The translations under genes were made by a program, and so were the position numbers. From Eledone cirrhosa (lineage: Eukaryota), in assembly GCA_964016885.1 (NCBI GenBank), contig OZ024740.1, forward strand, positions 9,176,001 through 9,240,000: a stretch of 64,000 nucleotides of DNA, written 5' to 3'. The notes beneath the pieces are model-generated. The model did not search any database. It had not been told where the DNA came from and was given only the letters and a program-made list of their open reading frames with translations. Below are positions 12,031-25,400 of this stretch, one piece after another (within the stretch, counting starts at the first letter, position 1; every line of letters begins with the position of its first letter).

Positions 12031-13410
12031 ATAGCACAGCTGATTAGGTACCGGGTGAATATAGACGAGATGCAATTTGGGTTTGTACCAGGAAGAAGCA
12101 CCACTGATGCCCTCTTCCTTGTGAGGCAATTACAGGAAAAGTACCTAGCTAAAAGTAAGCCACTCTACTTGGCATTTGTCGACCTTGAGAAAGCCTTTGA
12201 CAGAGTTCCACGTGCAGTAATCTGGTGGGCTCTTGGAAAACTAGGAATAGATGAATGGCTTGTGAAAGCGGTACAAGCCATGTATAGGGGAGCAGTCAGC
12301 AAAGTTAGGATTAGCAATGAGTATAGCGAGGAATTTAGCGTACAGGTTGGGGTCCACCAGGGCTCTGTTCTTAGCCCTCTCCTGTTCATCATAGTCCTGC
12401 AGGCAATAACGGAGGAATTTAAGACCTGATGCCCATGGGAACTCCTGTATGCTGATGACCTCGCACTCATAGCTGAATCTATGATAGAACTAGAGAATAA
12501 ATTCCAAACCTGGAAGCAGGGACTAGAGAGAAAGGGCCTCAAAGTCAACATGACAAAGACTAAGGTCCTTATAAGTAGACGAGAAAACAGAACCCAGATC
12601 CCCTCAGGGAAATGGCCTTGCTCAGTATGTAGGAAAGGTGTAGGTAGGAACTCCATTCTCTGCCCCAAATGCAAACAATGGGTACACAAGAGATGTAGCG
12701 GGATCTCAGGAAGCTTAATTAAGAATGTAGGATTCACATGCAGCAGCTGTGCTGAAACAGCAAGCAAACAGCCACAGGAAACAAGTACCACCAATCTCTG
12801 GGAGGGCCCTGTAGAAACAGTAGACAGCTTCTGCTACCTAGGTGACCGAATTAGCAGCGGAGGTGGGTGTTCAGAAAGTACAATAACTAGGGTAAGAACG
12901 GGATGGAAGAAGTTTAGGGAACTACTACCACTGCTAGCTGCAAAAGACTTCTCCCTCAGAATGAAAGGCAGACTGTATGATGCGTGTATCCGAACAGCGA
13001 TGGTGCATGGTAGTGAGACCTGGGCGCTGAAGGTGGAAGACTTACGTAGATTAGAGAGAAACGAAGCCTGCATGCTCCGATGGATGTGTAACAGTAATAT
13101 ACGTGAACGACAAAGCATAAATGAATTGAGAGGGAGACTGAGCATAAGAGGAATCAAATGCTGTGTGCAGGAGAGGTGGATGCGCTGGTATGGACATGTG
13201 ATGCGTATGAAGGATGACAGCTGCATAAAAAGGTGCAGAGCACTAGAAGTTGATGGAAACCGCGGAGTGGGGAGACCCAAGATGACCTGGGATGAGGTGA
13301 TAAAAGCCGACCTTACCCAATTACACCTCTCAAAGACAATGACACACGACCGTGACTTCTGGCGTCACGCAGTAATACAGAGTACCCGACCTCCCATGGG
13401 TACATGCTGA
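12031..13410 (+). pseudogene. Reverse transcriptase ORF remnant; lacks the N-terminus/endonuclease and has a nonsense codon at 12427-12429
   Basis: ORFs 11887..12429 and 12481..13410 share one frame. TGA replaces the GGA seen in the 58.7-60.1 kb copy (KTGCPWELLYADD). YADD is at 12448-12459. Confidence 0.93.
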
Positions 13411-13714
13411 AGCATATAAACAATATGACCCCACAGCCCCCACCGCCAGGTGGTCGTGGAGGTGCCACGGAAAAAAAGCACCCAGCCCACACTGTAAAGT
13501 GGACGTGTAGGCGCCACGAAAAAAGTACCCAGCACTCACTGTAAATGAGGTTGGTGTTAGGAAGGGCATCCAGCTGTAGAAACCAGGCCAAATCAGTTCC
13601 TGTATGAGCAAGGCATGGTCAGCCGACCAGACACAGCCCACAACAGGACAACCCGTCTAACCCATGCTAGCGTGGAAGAACGGATGTAAAACGGTGATGA
13701 TGATGATGATGATG
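12031..13714 (+). mobile_element. 5'-truncated RTE-clade non-LTR retrotransposon (LINE) with (TGA)n tail
   Basis: RT motifs present: QFGF, AFVDLEKAFDRVPR, GVHQGSVLSPLLF, YADD, KTKV and F.YLG. RTE-type C-terminal motifs RWYGHVMR and GRPKMTW follow. The 3'UTR is 13411-13694 and the tail 13695-13714. The element is flanked by the direct repeat ATGTCAGTTTCTATTGGTATAT (12011-12032 and 13715-13736), which includes microhomologies. Confidence 0.96.
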
Positions 13715-14539
13715 ATGTCAGTTTCTATTGGTATATCAGTTTTGATTGGTATGTCAGTTTCGATTGGTATATCAGTTTAGAATGGTATGTCAATCTCGAT
13801 TGGTATGTCAGTTTCGATTGGTATATCAGTTTTGATTAGTATGTCAATTTCTATTGGTATATCAGTTTTGATTGGTATATCAGTTTCGATTGGTATGTCA
13901 GTTTCGATTGGTATGTCAGTTTCTATTGGTATGTCAGTTTCGATTAGTATGTCAGTTTCTATTGGTATATCAGTTCCTATTGGTATATCAGTTTCGATTG
14001 GTATGTCAGTTTCTATTGGTATGTCAGTTTTGATTGGTAGCTCAGTTTCTATTGGTATGTCAGTTTCGCATAGTATGTCAGTTTCGATTAGTATGTCTGT
14101 TTCTATTGGTATATCAGTTTTAATTGGTATGTCAGTTTTGATTGGTATGTCAGTTTCTATTGGTATATCAGTTTCGATTGGTATATCAATTTCTATTGGT
14201 ATATCAGTTCCGATTGGTATATCAGTTTCGATTGGTATATCAGTTTCTATTGGTATATCAGTTCCGATTGGTATATCAGTTTCGATTGGTATGTCAGTTT
14301 CGATTAGTATATCAGTTTCTATTGATATATCAGTCTCGATTGGTATGTAAGTTTCGATTGGCATGTCAGTTTCTATTGGTATATCATTTTCGATGAGTAT
14401 ATCAGTTTCTATTGGTATATCAGTTTTGATTGGTATGTCAGTTTCTATTGGCATATCAGTTTCTATTGGTATGTTAGTTTCTATTGGTATGTCAGTTTCG
14501 ATTAGTATATCAGTTTCTATTGGTATGTCAGTTTCGATT

Positions 14540-17500
14540 GGTTTGTTAGTCCTCGATTTGTATGTCAGTTTCTATTGGTATATCAATTTCGATTGGTAGG
14601 TCAGTTTCTATTGGTATATCAGTTTCTATTGGTATGTCAGTTTTGATTGGTATGTCAGTTTCTATTGGTATATCAGTTTCGATTGGTATATCAGTTTCTA
14701 TTGTTATATCAGTTCCGATTGGTATATCAGTTTCGATTAGTATATCAGTTTCTATTGGTATATCAGTCCCGATTGGTATATCAGTTTCGATTGGTATGTC
14801 AGTTTCTATTGGTATATCAGTCTCGATTGATATATCAGTTTCAATTAGTATGTCAGTTTCTATTGGTATGTCAGTTTCGATTAGTATATCAGTTTCTATT
14901 GGTATATCAATTTCGATTGGTAGGTCAGTTTCAATTTGTATGTCAGTTTCGATTGGTATGTCAGTTTCTATTGGTATATCAGTTTCTATTTGTATGTCAG
15001 TTTCGATGGTATGTCAGTTTCTATTGGTATATCAGTTTCGATTGGTATGTTAGTTTCTATCGGTATATCAGTTTCGATTGGTATGTCAGTTTTGATTGGT
15101 ATGTCAGTTTCTATTATTATATTAGTTTCTATTGGTATGTGAGTTTAAATTGGTATATCAGTTTCTATTGGTATATCAGTTCCGATTGGTATATCAGTTT
15201 CGATTGGTATATCAGTTTCTATTGGTATATCAGTTCCGATTGGTATATCAGTTTCGATTGGTATGTCAGTTTCTATTGCTATATCAGTTTCGATTGATAT
15301 ATCAGTTTCGATTAGTATGTCAGTTTTTATTGGTATGTCAGTTTCGATTAGTATATCAGTTTCTATTGTTATGTCAGTTTCAATTGGTATGTCAGTTTCT
15401 ATTGGTATATCAGTTTTGATTGGTATATCAGTTTTGATTGGTATATCAGTTTCGATTGGTATGTCAGTTTCGATTAGTATATCAGTTTCTATTGGTATGT
15501 CAGTTTCGATTTTTATGTTAGTCCTCGATTTGTATGTCAGTTTCTATTGGTATATCAATTTCGATTGGTATGTCAGTTTCTATTGGTATGTCAGTTTCTA
15601 TTGGTATATCAATTTCGATTGGTATTTCAGTTTCGATTGGTATGTCAGTTTCGATTGGTATGTCAGTTTCTATTGGTATATCAGTTTCGATTGGTATATC
15701 AGTTTTGATTGGTATATCAGTTTCGATTGGTATGTCAGTTTCGATTGGTATGTCAGTTTTATTTGTATGTCAATTTCGATTGGTATATCACTTTCAATTG
15801 GTATGTCAGTTTCTATTTGTATATCAGTTTATATTTGTATGTCAGTTTCGATTGGTATGTCAGTTTCTATTGGTATATCAGTTTTGATTGGTATGTTAGT
15901 TTCTATTAGTATGTCAGGTCCGATTGGTATGTTAGTCCGCGATTCGTACGTCAGTTTCTATTGGTATATCAATTTCGATTGGTATGTCAGTTTCTATTGG
16001 TCTGTGAGTTTCTATTGGTATGTCAGTTTCGATTAGTATATCAGTTTCTATTGGTATGTCAGTTTCTATTGGTATATCAATTTCGATTGGTATATCAGTT
16101 TCGATTAGTATGTCAGTTTCGATTCGTATGTCAGTTTCGATTAGTATATCAGTTTCTATTGGTATGTCAGTTTCAATTGGTATGTTAGTCCTCGATTTGT
16201 ATGTCAGTTTCTATTGGTATATCAATTTCGATTGGTATATCAGTTTCGATTGGTATGTCAGTTTCGATTAGTATATCAGTTTCTATTGGTATGTCAGTTT
16301 CTATTGGTATATCAATTTCGATTGGTAGGTCAGTTTCTATTGGTATGTCAGTTTCAATTTGTATGTCAGTTTCGATTGGTATGTCAGTTTCTATTGGTAT
16401 ATCAGTTTCTATTTGTATGTCAGTTTCGATGGTATGTCAGTTTCTATTGGTATATCAGTTTCAATTGGTATGTTAGTTTCTATTGTTATTTCAGTTTCGA
16501 TTAGTATATCACTTTCTATTGGTATGTCAATTTCGATTCGTATGTCAGTTTCGATTGGTATGTCAGTTTCTATCGGTATATCAGTTTCGATTGGTATGTC
16601 AGTTTTGATTGGTATGTCAGTTTCTATTATTATATTAGTTTCTATTGGTATGTGAGTTTAAATTGGTATATCAGTTTCTATTGGTATATCAGTTCCGATT
16701 GGTATATCAGTTTCGATTGGTATATCATTTTCTATTGGTATATCAGTTCCGATTGGTATATCAGTTTCGATTGGTATGTCAGTTTCTATTGGTATATCAG
16801 TTTCGATTGATATATCAGTTTCGATTAGTATGTCAGTTTTTATTGGTATGTCAGTTTCGATTAGTATATCAGTTTCTATTGGTATGTCAGTTTCAATTGG
16901 TATGTCAGTTTCTATTGGTATATCAGTTTTGATTGGTATATCAGTTTCGATTGGTATGTCAGTTTCGATTAGTATATCAGTTTCTATTGGTATGTCAGTT
17001 TCGATTTTTATGTTAGTCCTCGATTTGTATGTCAGTTTCTATTGGTATATCAATTTCGATTGGTATGTCAGTTTCTATTGGTATGTCGGTTTCTATTGGT
17101 ATATCAATTTCGATTGGTATTTCAGTTTCGATTGGTATATCAGTTTCGATTGGTATGTCAGTTTCTATTGGTATATCAGTTTCGATTGTTATATCAGTTT
17201 TGATTGGTATATCAGTCTCGATCGGTATGTCAGTTTCGATTGGTATGTCAGTTTTATTGGTATGTCAATTTCGATTGGTATATCACTTTCGATTGGTATG
17301 TCAGTTTCTATTTGTATATCAGTTTATATTTGTATGTCAGTTTCGATTGGTATGTCAGTTTCTATTGGTATATCAGTTTTGATTGGTATGTTAGTTTCTA
17401 TTAGTATGTCAGGTCCGATTGGTATGTTAGTCCGCGATTCGTACGTCAGTTTCTATTGGTATATCAATTTCGATTGGTATGTCAGTTTCTATTGGTCTGT

Positions 17501-19400
17501 CAGTTTCTATTGGTATGTCAGTTTCGATTAGTATATCAGCTTCTATTGGTATGTCAGTTTCTATTTGTATATCAATTTCGATTGGTATATCAGTTTCGAT
17601 TAGTATGTCAGTTTCGATTCGTATGTCCGTTTCGATTGGTACATCAGTTTCGATTAGTAAGTCAGTTTCAATTTGTATGTCAGTTTCTATTGGTATATAA
17701 GTTTCGATTGGTATATCAGTTTCTATTGGTATATCAGTTCTGATTGGTATATCAGTTTCGATTGGTATGTGAGTTTCGATTAGTATATCAGTTTCTATTG
17801 GTATGTCAGTTATGATTGGTATGTCAGTTTCTATTGGTATATCAGTTTCTATTGGTATGTCAGTTTCTATTGGTATGTTAGTCCTCGATATGTATGTCAG
17901 TTTCTATTGGTATATCAATTTCGATTGGTATGTCAGTTTCTATTGGTATGTCAGTTTTTATTGGTATATCAATTTCGATTGGTATGTCAGTTTCGATTTG
18001 TATATCAGTTTCTATTGGTATGTCAGTTTCGATTTTTATGTTAGTCCTCGATTTGTATGTCAGTTTCTATTGGTATATTAATTTCGATTGGTATGTCAGT
18101 TTCTATTGGTATGTCAGTTTCTATTGGTATATCAATTTCGATTGGTATTTCAGTTTCGATTTGTATATCAGTTTCGATTCGTATGTCAATTTATATTGGT
18201 ATGTCAGTTTCGATTGGTATATCAGTTTCGATTGATATATCAGTTTCGATTGGTATATCGGTTTCCATTGGTATATCAGTTTTGATTGGTATATCAGTTT
18301 CTATTGGTATATCAGTTTCTATTGGTATGTCAGTCTTGATTGGTATGTCAGTTTCTATTGGTATGTCAGTTTCTATTGGTATATCAGTTTCGATTGATAT
18401 ATCAGTTTCGATTAGTATGTCAGTTTCTATTGGTATGTCAGTTTCGATTAGTATATCAGTTTCTATTGGTATGTCAGTTTCGATTGGTATGTCAGTTTCT
18501 ATTGGTATATCAGTTTCGATTGGTATATCAGTTTTGATTGGTATATCAGTTTCGATTGGTATGTCAGTTTCGATTGGTATGTCAGTTTTATTGGTATGTC
18601 AATTTCGATTGGTATATCACTTTCGATTGGTATGTCAGTTTCTATTTGTATATCAGTTTATATTTGTATGTCAGTTTCCATTGGTATGTCAGTTTCTATT
18701 GGTATATCAGTTTTGATTGGTATGTTAGTTTCTATTAGTATATCAGGTCCGATTGGTATGTTAGTCCGCGATTCGTACGTCAGTTTCTATTGGTATATCA
18801 ATTTCGATTGGTATGTCAGTTTCTATTGGTCTGTCAGTTTCTATTGGTATGTCAGTTTCGATTAGTATGTCAGTTTCGATTCGTATGTCAGTTTCGATTC
18901 GTACATCAGTTTCGATTAGTATGTCAGTTTCGATTTGTATGTCAGTTTCTATTGGTATATCAGTTTCGACTGGTATATCAGTTTCTATTGGTATATCAGT
19001 TCCGATTGGTATATCAGTTTCGATTGGTATGTGAGTTTCGATTAGTATATCAGTTTCTATTGGTATGTCCGTTATGATTGGTATGTCAGTTTCTATTGGT
19101 ATATCAGTTTCTATTGGTATATCAGTTTCTATTGGTATGTCAGTTTCTATTGGTATGTTAGTCCTCGATATGTATGTCAGTTTCTATTGGTATATCAATT
19201 TCGATTGGTATGTCAGTTTCTATTGGTATGTCAGTTTCTATTGGTATATCAATTTCGATTGGTATGTCAGTTTCGATTTGTATATCAGTTTCGATTCGTA
19301 TGTCAGTTTCGATTGGTATGTCAGTTTCGATTGGTATGTCAGTTTCGATTTGTATGTCAGTTTCGATTGGTATATCAGTTTCGATTAGTATGTCAGTTTC
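14540..19400 (+). repeat. Series of degenerate ~1.3-1.5-kb higher-order blocks (boundaries approximate; mirrored at about 41320-46360)
   Basis: ORF pair offsets: 15132/16645 (1513), 15534/17029 (1495), 17204/18538 (1334), 17894/19174 (1280). Shared rare variants include gatttttatgttagtcctcg, gtgagtttaaattgg and ggtccgattgg. Confidence 0.75.
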
Positions 19401-22400
19401 TATTGGTATATCGGTTTCCATTGGTATATCAGTTTCAATTGGTATGTCAGTTTCTATTGGTATATCAGTTTCTATTGGTATGTTAGTTTTGATTGGTATG
19501 TCAGTTTCTATTGGTATATCAGTTTCGATTGGTATATCAGGTTCTATTGGTATATCAGTTCCGATTGGTATATCAGTTTCGATTTGTATATCAGTTTCGA
19601 TTGGTATATCAGTTTCAATTGGTATATCAGTTTCGATTGGTATGTCAGTTTCTATTTGTATGTCAGTTTCTATTGGTATGTCAGTTTCAATTGGTATATC
19701 AGTGTCGATTGGTATGTCAGTTTCGATTGGTATATCAGTTTTGATTGGTATGTTAGTTTCTATTGGTATGTCAGTTCCGATTGTTATGTCATTTTCTATT
19801 GGTATATCAATTTCGATTGGTATATCAGTTTCGATTAGTATGTCAGTTTCGATTCATATGTCAGTTTCGATTGGTATGTCAGTGTCGATTGGTATGTCAG
19901 TGTCGATTGGTATATCAGTTTTGATTGGTATGTCAGTTTCGATTAGTATATCAGTTTCTATTGATATGTCAGTTTCGATTGGTATGTCAGTTTCTATTGG
20001 TATATCAATTTCGATTTGTAGGTCAGTTTCTATTGGTATATCAGTTTCTATTGGTATGTCAGTTTTGATTAGTATATCAGTTTCCATAGGTATATCAGTT
20101 TCGATTGGTATGTCAGTTTCTATTGGTATATCAGTTTCGATTGGTATATCAGTTTCGATTGTATATAAGTTTCGATTGGTATGTCAGTTTCTATTGGTAT
20201 TTCAGTTTCAATTTGTATGTCAGTTTCGATTGGTATGTCAGTTTCTATTGGTATATCATTTTCTATCTGTATGTCAGTTTCGATTGGTATGTCAGTTTCT
20301 ATTGGTATATCAGTTTCGATTGGTATATCAGTTTCTATTGGTATATCAGTTCCGATTGTTATATCAGTTTCGATTGGTATATCAGTTTCTATTGGTATAT
20401 CAGTTCCGATTGGTATATCAGTTTCGATTGGTATGTCAGTTTCTATTAGTATATCAGTTTCGATTGATATATCAGTTTCTATTAGTATGTCAGTTTCTAT
20501 TGGTATGTCAGTTTCAATTAGTATATCAGTTTCTATTGGTATGTCAGTTTTGATTGGTATGTCAGTTTCTATAGGTATGTCAGTTTCTATTGGTATGTCA
20601 GTTTCGATAGGTATGTCAGTTTTATTGGAATGTCAATTTCGAGTGGTATATCAGTTTCGATTGTTATGTCAGTTTTATTGGTACGTCAATTTCGATTGGT
20701 ATATCAGTTTCGATTGGTATATCAGTTTTGATTGGTATGTTGGTTTCTATTGGTATGTCAGGTCTGATTGGTATGTTAGTCCGCGATTCGTACGTCAGTT
20801 TCTATTGGTATATCAATTTCGATTGGTATGTCAGTTTCTATTGGTATGTCAGTTTCTATTGGTATATCAATTTCGATTGGTATATCAGTTTCGATTAGTA
20901 TGTCAGTTTCGATTCGTATGTCAGTTTCGATTGGTACATCAGTTTCGATTGGTATGTCAGTTTCGATTTGTATGTCAATTTCGATTTGTATGTCAGTTTC
21001 GATTAGTATGTCAGTTTCTATTGGTATATCAGTTCCGATTGGTATATCAGTTTCGATTGGTATGTCAGTCTCGATTAGTATATCAGTTTCTATTGGTATG
21101 TCAGTAATGATTGGAATGTCAGTTTCTATTGGTAAATCAGTTTCTATTGGTATATTAGTTTCTATTGTTATGTCAGTTTCTATTGGTATATCAGTTTCGA
21201 TCGGTATGTCAGTTTCTATTGCTATATCAGTTTTGATTGGTATATCAGTTTCGAATGGTATGTCAGTTTCTATTGGTATGTCAGTTTCAATTGGTATATC
21301 AGTTACGATTGATATGTCAGTTTTATTGGTATGTCAATTTCGATTGGTATATCAGTTTCGATTGGTATGTCAGTTTCTATTGGTATATCAGTTTATATTT
21401 GTTTGTCAGTTTCGATTGGTATGTTAGTTTCTATTGGTATATCAGTTTTGATTGGTATGTTAGTTTCTATTGTTATGTCAGTACCAATCGGTATGTTAGT
21501 CATCGATTCGTATGTCAGTTTCTATTGGTATATCAATTTCGATTGCTATGACAGTTTCGATTGGTATGTCAGTTTCGATTGGTATATCAGTTTCAAATGG
21601 TATGTCTGTTTTGATTGGTATGTCAGTTTGGATTGGTATATCAGTTTCTATTAGTATGTCAGTTTCTATTGGTATATCAGTTTCTATTGGTATATCAGTT
21701 TCGATTGGTATGTCTGATTCATTGGTATATCAGTTTCGATTGGTATATCAGTTTCGGTTGGTATGTCAGTTTCGATTGGTATATCAGTTTCTATTGGTAT
21801 ATCAGTTTCGAATGGTATGTCAGTTTCTATTGGAATGTCAGTTTTGATTAGTATATCAGTTTCTATTGGTATGTGAGTTTCGATTGGTATGTTAGTCCTC
21901 GCTTTGTTTGTCAGTTTCTCTTGGCATATCAGTTTCGATTGGTATTTCAATTTCGATTAGTAAATCAGTTTCTGTTTGTTTGTCAGTTTCTATTGGTATA
22001 TCAGTTTCGATTGGTATGTCTGTTTTGATTGGTATGTCTGTTTTGATTGGTATGTCAGTTTGGATTGGTATATCAGTTCCTATTGGTATATCAGTTTCGA
22101 TCGATATATCCGTTTCTATTTGTATGTCAATTTTCGATTGGTATGTCAGTCTCTATTGGTATATCAGTTTCTATTGGTATATCAGTTTCGATATGGATGT
22201 CAGTTTCGATTGATATGTCAGATACGATTAGTATATCAGTTTCTATTGGTAAGTCAGTTTCTATTGGTATATGAGTTTCAATTGGTATATCAGTTTTAAT
22301 AGGTATATCAGTTTCGATTGGTATGTCAGTTTCGAATAGTATATCAGTTTCTTTTGGTATGTGAGTTTCTATTGGTATATCAGTTTCGATAGCTATGTAA

Positions 22401-25400
22401 ATTTCGATTGGTATTTCAGTTTCGATTGGTATATCAGTTTCGAGTCGTATGTCAGTTTCGATTGGTATATCAGTTTCGATTTATATGTCAGTTTCGATTG
22501 GTATGTCAGTTTATATTGGTATAACAGTTTCTGCTGGTATGTCAGTTTCTATTGGTATATCAGATTCGATTGGTATATCAGTTTCTATTGGTATATCAGT
22601 TTCGATTGGTATGTCTGATTCATTGGTATATCAGTTTCGATTGGTATATCAGTTTCGGTTGGTATGTCAGTTTCGATTGGTATATCAGTTTCTATTGGTA
22701 TATCAGTTTCGAATGGTATATCAGTTTCTATTGGTATGTCAGTTTCGATTGGTATGTTAGTCCTCGATTTGTTTGTCAGTTTCTATTAGTATGTCAGTTT
22801 CTATTGGTATATCAGTTCCTATTGGTATATCAGTTTCGATTGATAAATCCGTTTCTATTTGTATGTCAATTTTCGATTGGTTTGTCAGTTTCTATTGGTA
22901 TATCAGTTTCTATTGGTATATCAGTTTCTATTGGTATGTCAGGTCCGATTGGTATGTTAGACCGCGATTCGTACGTCAGTTTCTATTGGTATATCAATTT
23001 CGATTGGTATGTCAGTTTCTATTGGTCGGTCAGTTTCTATTGGTATATCAGTTTCGATTGGTATGTCAGTTTCTATAGGTATATCAATTTAGATTGGTAT
23101 ATCAGTTTCGATTCGTATGTCAGTTTCGATTGGTACGTCAGTTTCGATTGGTATATCAGTTTTGAATGGTATGTCTGTTTTGATTGGTATGTCAGTTTCG
23201 ATTGGTATGTCAGTTTCGATTGGTATATCAGTTTCTATTGGTATGTCAGTTATGATTGATATGTCAGTTTCTATTGGTATATCAGTTTCTATTGGTATAT
23301 CAGTTTCTATTGGTACGTCAGTTTCTCTTGGTATGTTAGTCCTCGATTTGTATGTCAGTTTCTATTGGTATATTAATTTCGATTGGTATGTCAGTTTATA
23401 TTGGTATGTCAGTTTCTATTGCTATATCAATTTCGATTGGTATGCCAGTTTCGATTTGTATATCAGTTTCGATTCGTACATCAGTTTCGATTGTTATGTC
23501 AGTTTCGATTGGTATGTAAGTTTCGATTTGTATGTCAGTTTCGATTAGTATGTCAGTTTCTATTGGTATATCGGTTTCCATTGGTATATCAGTTTCAATT
23601 GGTATGTCAGTTTCTATTGGTATATCAGTTTCTATTGGTACGTCAGTTTTTAGTGGTATGTCAGTTTCTATTGGTATATCAGTTTCGATTTGTATATCAG
23701 TTTCTATTGGTATATCATTTCCGATTGGTATATCAGTTTCGATTGGTATATCAGTTTCTATTGTTATATCAGTTCCGATTGGTATATCAGTTTCGATTGG
23801 TATATCAGTTTCTATTGTTATGTCAGTTTCGACTAGTATATCAGTTTCTATTGGTATGTCAGTTTCGATTGGTATGTCAGTTTCTATTGGTATATCAGTT
23901 TCGATTGGTTTATCAGTTTCGATTGGTATGTCAGTTTCTATTGGTATGTCAGTTTCTATTCGTATGTCAGTTTCATTTGGTATATCAGTTTCGATTGATA
24001 TGTCAGTTTTATTGGTATGTCAATTTCGATTGATATATCAGTTTCGATTGGTATGTCAGTTTCTATTGGTATATCAGTTTATATTTGTCTGTCAGTTTCG
24101 ATTGGTATATCAGTTTTGATTGTTATGTTAGTTTCTATTGGGATGTCAGTACCGATTGGTATGTTAGTCCTTGATTCGTATGTCAGTTTCTATTGGTATC
24201 TCAATTTCGATTGGTATGTCAGTTTCTATTGGTATGTCAGTTTCAATTGGTATATCAGTTTCGATTGGTATGTCAGTTTCGATTAGTTTATCAGTTTCTA
24301 TTGGTATGTCAGTTTTGATTGGTATGTTAGTTTCTATTGGTATGTCAGTTTCGACTGGTATGTTAGTCCTCGATTCGTATGTCAGTTTCTATTGGTATAT
24401 CAATTTCGATTGGTAGGTCAGTTTCGATTGGTATGTCAGTTTCGATTGGTATGTCAATTTCGATTGGTATGTCAGTTTCGATTGGTATATCAGTTTCAAA
24501 TGGTATGTCTGTTTTGATCGGTATGTCAGTTTGGATAGGGATATCAGTTTCTATTAGTATGTCAGTTTCTATTGGTATATCAGTTTCTATTGGTATGTCA
24601 GTTTCGATTGGTATGTTAGTCCTCGATTCGTATGTCAGTTTCTTTTGGTATATCAATTTAAATTGGTATGTCAGTTTTGATTGGTATGTCAGTTTCGATT
24701 AGTATATCAGTTTCTATTAGTATGTCAGTTTCGATTTGTATGTCAGTTTCTATTGGTATGTCAGTTTTGATTAGTATATCAGTTTCAATTTGTATGTCTG
24801 TTTTGATCGGTATGTCAGTTTGGATAGGGATATCAGTGTCGATTGGTATTTCAGTTTCGATTAGTACATCAGTTTCTATTGGTATGTCAGTTTCTATTGT
24901 ATATCAGTTTCTATTCGTATGTTAGTTTCTATTTGTATATCAGTTTTGATTGGTATGTTAGTTTCTATTGGTATGTCAGTTTCGATTAGTATATCAGTTT
25001 CTATTAGTATGTCAGTTTCGATTTGTATGTCAGTTTCTATTGGTATGTCAGTTTTGATTAGTATATCAGTTTCAATTTGTATGTCAGTTTCTATTGGTAT
25101 GTCAGTCTCGATTAGTATATCAGTTTCTATTAGTATATCAGTTTCGATTAGTATGTCAGTTTCTATTGGTATGTCAGTTTTGATTAGTATATCAGTTTCT
25201 ATTGGTATATCAGTTTCGATTGGTATGTCAGTTTCTATTGGTATATCAGTGTCGATTGGTATGTCAGTTTCGATTAGTATATCAGTTTCTATTGGTATAT
25301 CAGTTTCTATTGGTATATCAGATTCTATTGGTATATCAGTTTCTATTGGTATGTTAGTTTCTATTTGTATATCAGTTTTGATTGGTATGTTAGTTTCTAT

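Larger units (their letters stand above)
1..24672 (+). repeat. Copy A (left end outside window) of a ~27.2-kb tandem segmental duplication
   Basis: The order of rare monomer variants and insertions matches 27154-51920. Offsets step through 27153, 27135, 26779, 26959, 27176 and 27248 (ORF pairs 38/27191, 1620/28755, 6776/33555, 16359/43318, 21237/48413, 24379/51627). The match breaks after tcaatttaaattggtatgtc at about 24672/51920. Confidence 0.93.

Noticed and set aside
11887-12429. Satellite-RT fusion protein (also 38666..39208 and 59602..60222)
   Set aside because: Chance in-frame junction of a 5'-truncated LINE with an open satellite frame. The first two stop before YADD, and the third is antisense to the RT.
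12165-13641. Antisense ORFs over the LINE (209, 148, 92 and 103 aa) and their equivalents in other copies
   Set aside because: Shadow frames of the RT ORF and UTR, with no recognisable motifs.
13695-13714. (TGA)n/(CAT)n tracts as independent microsatellites
   Set aside because: They occur only at element 3' ends and are the retroposon tails.
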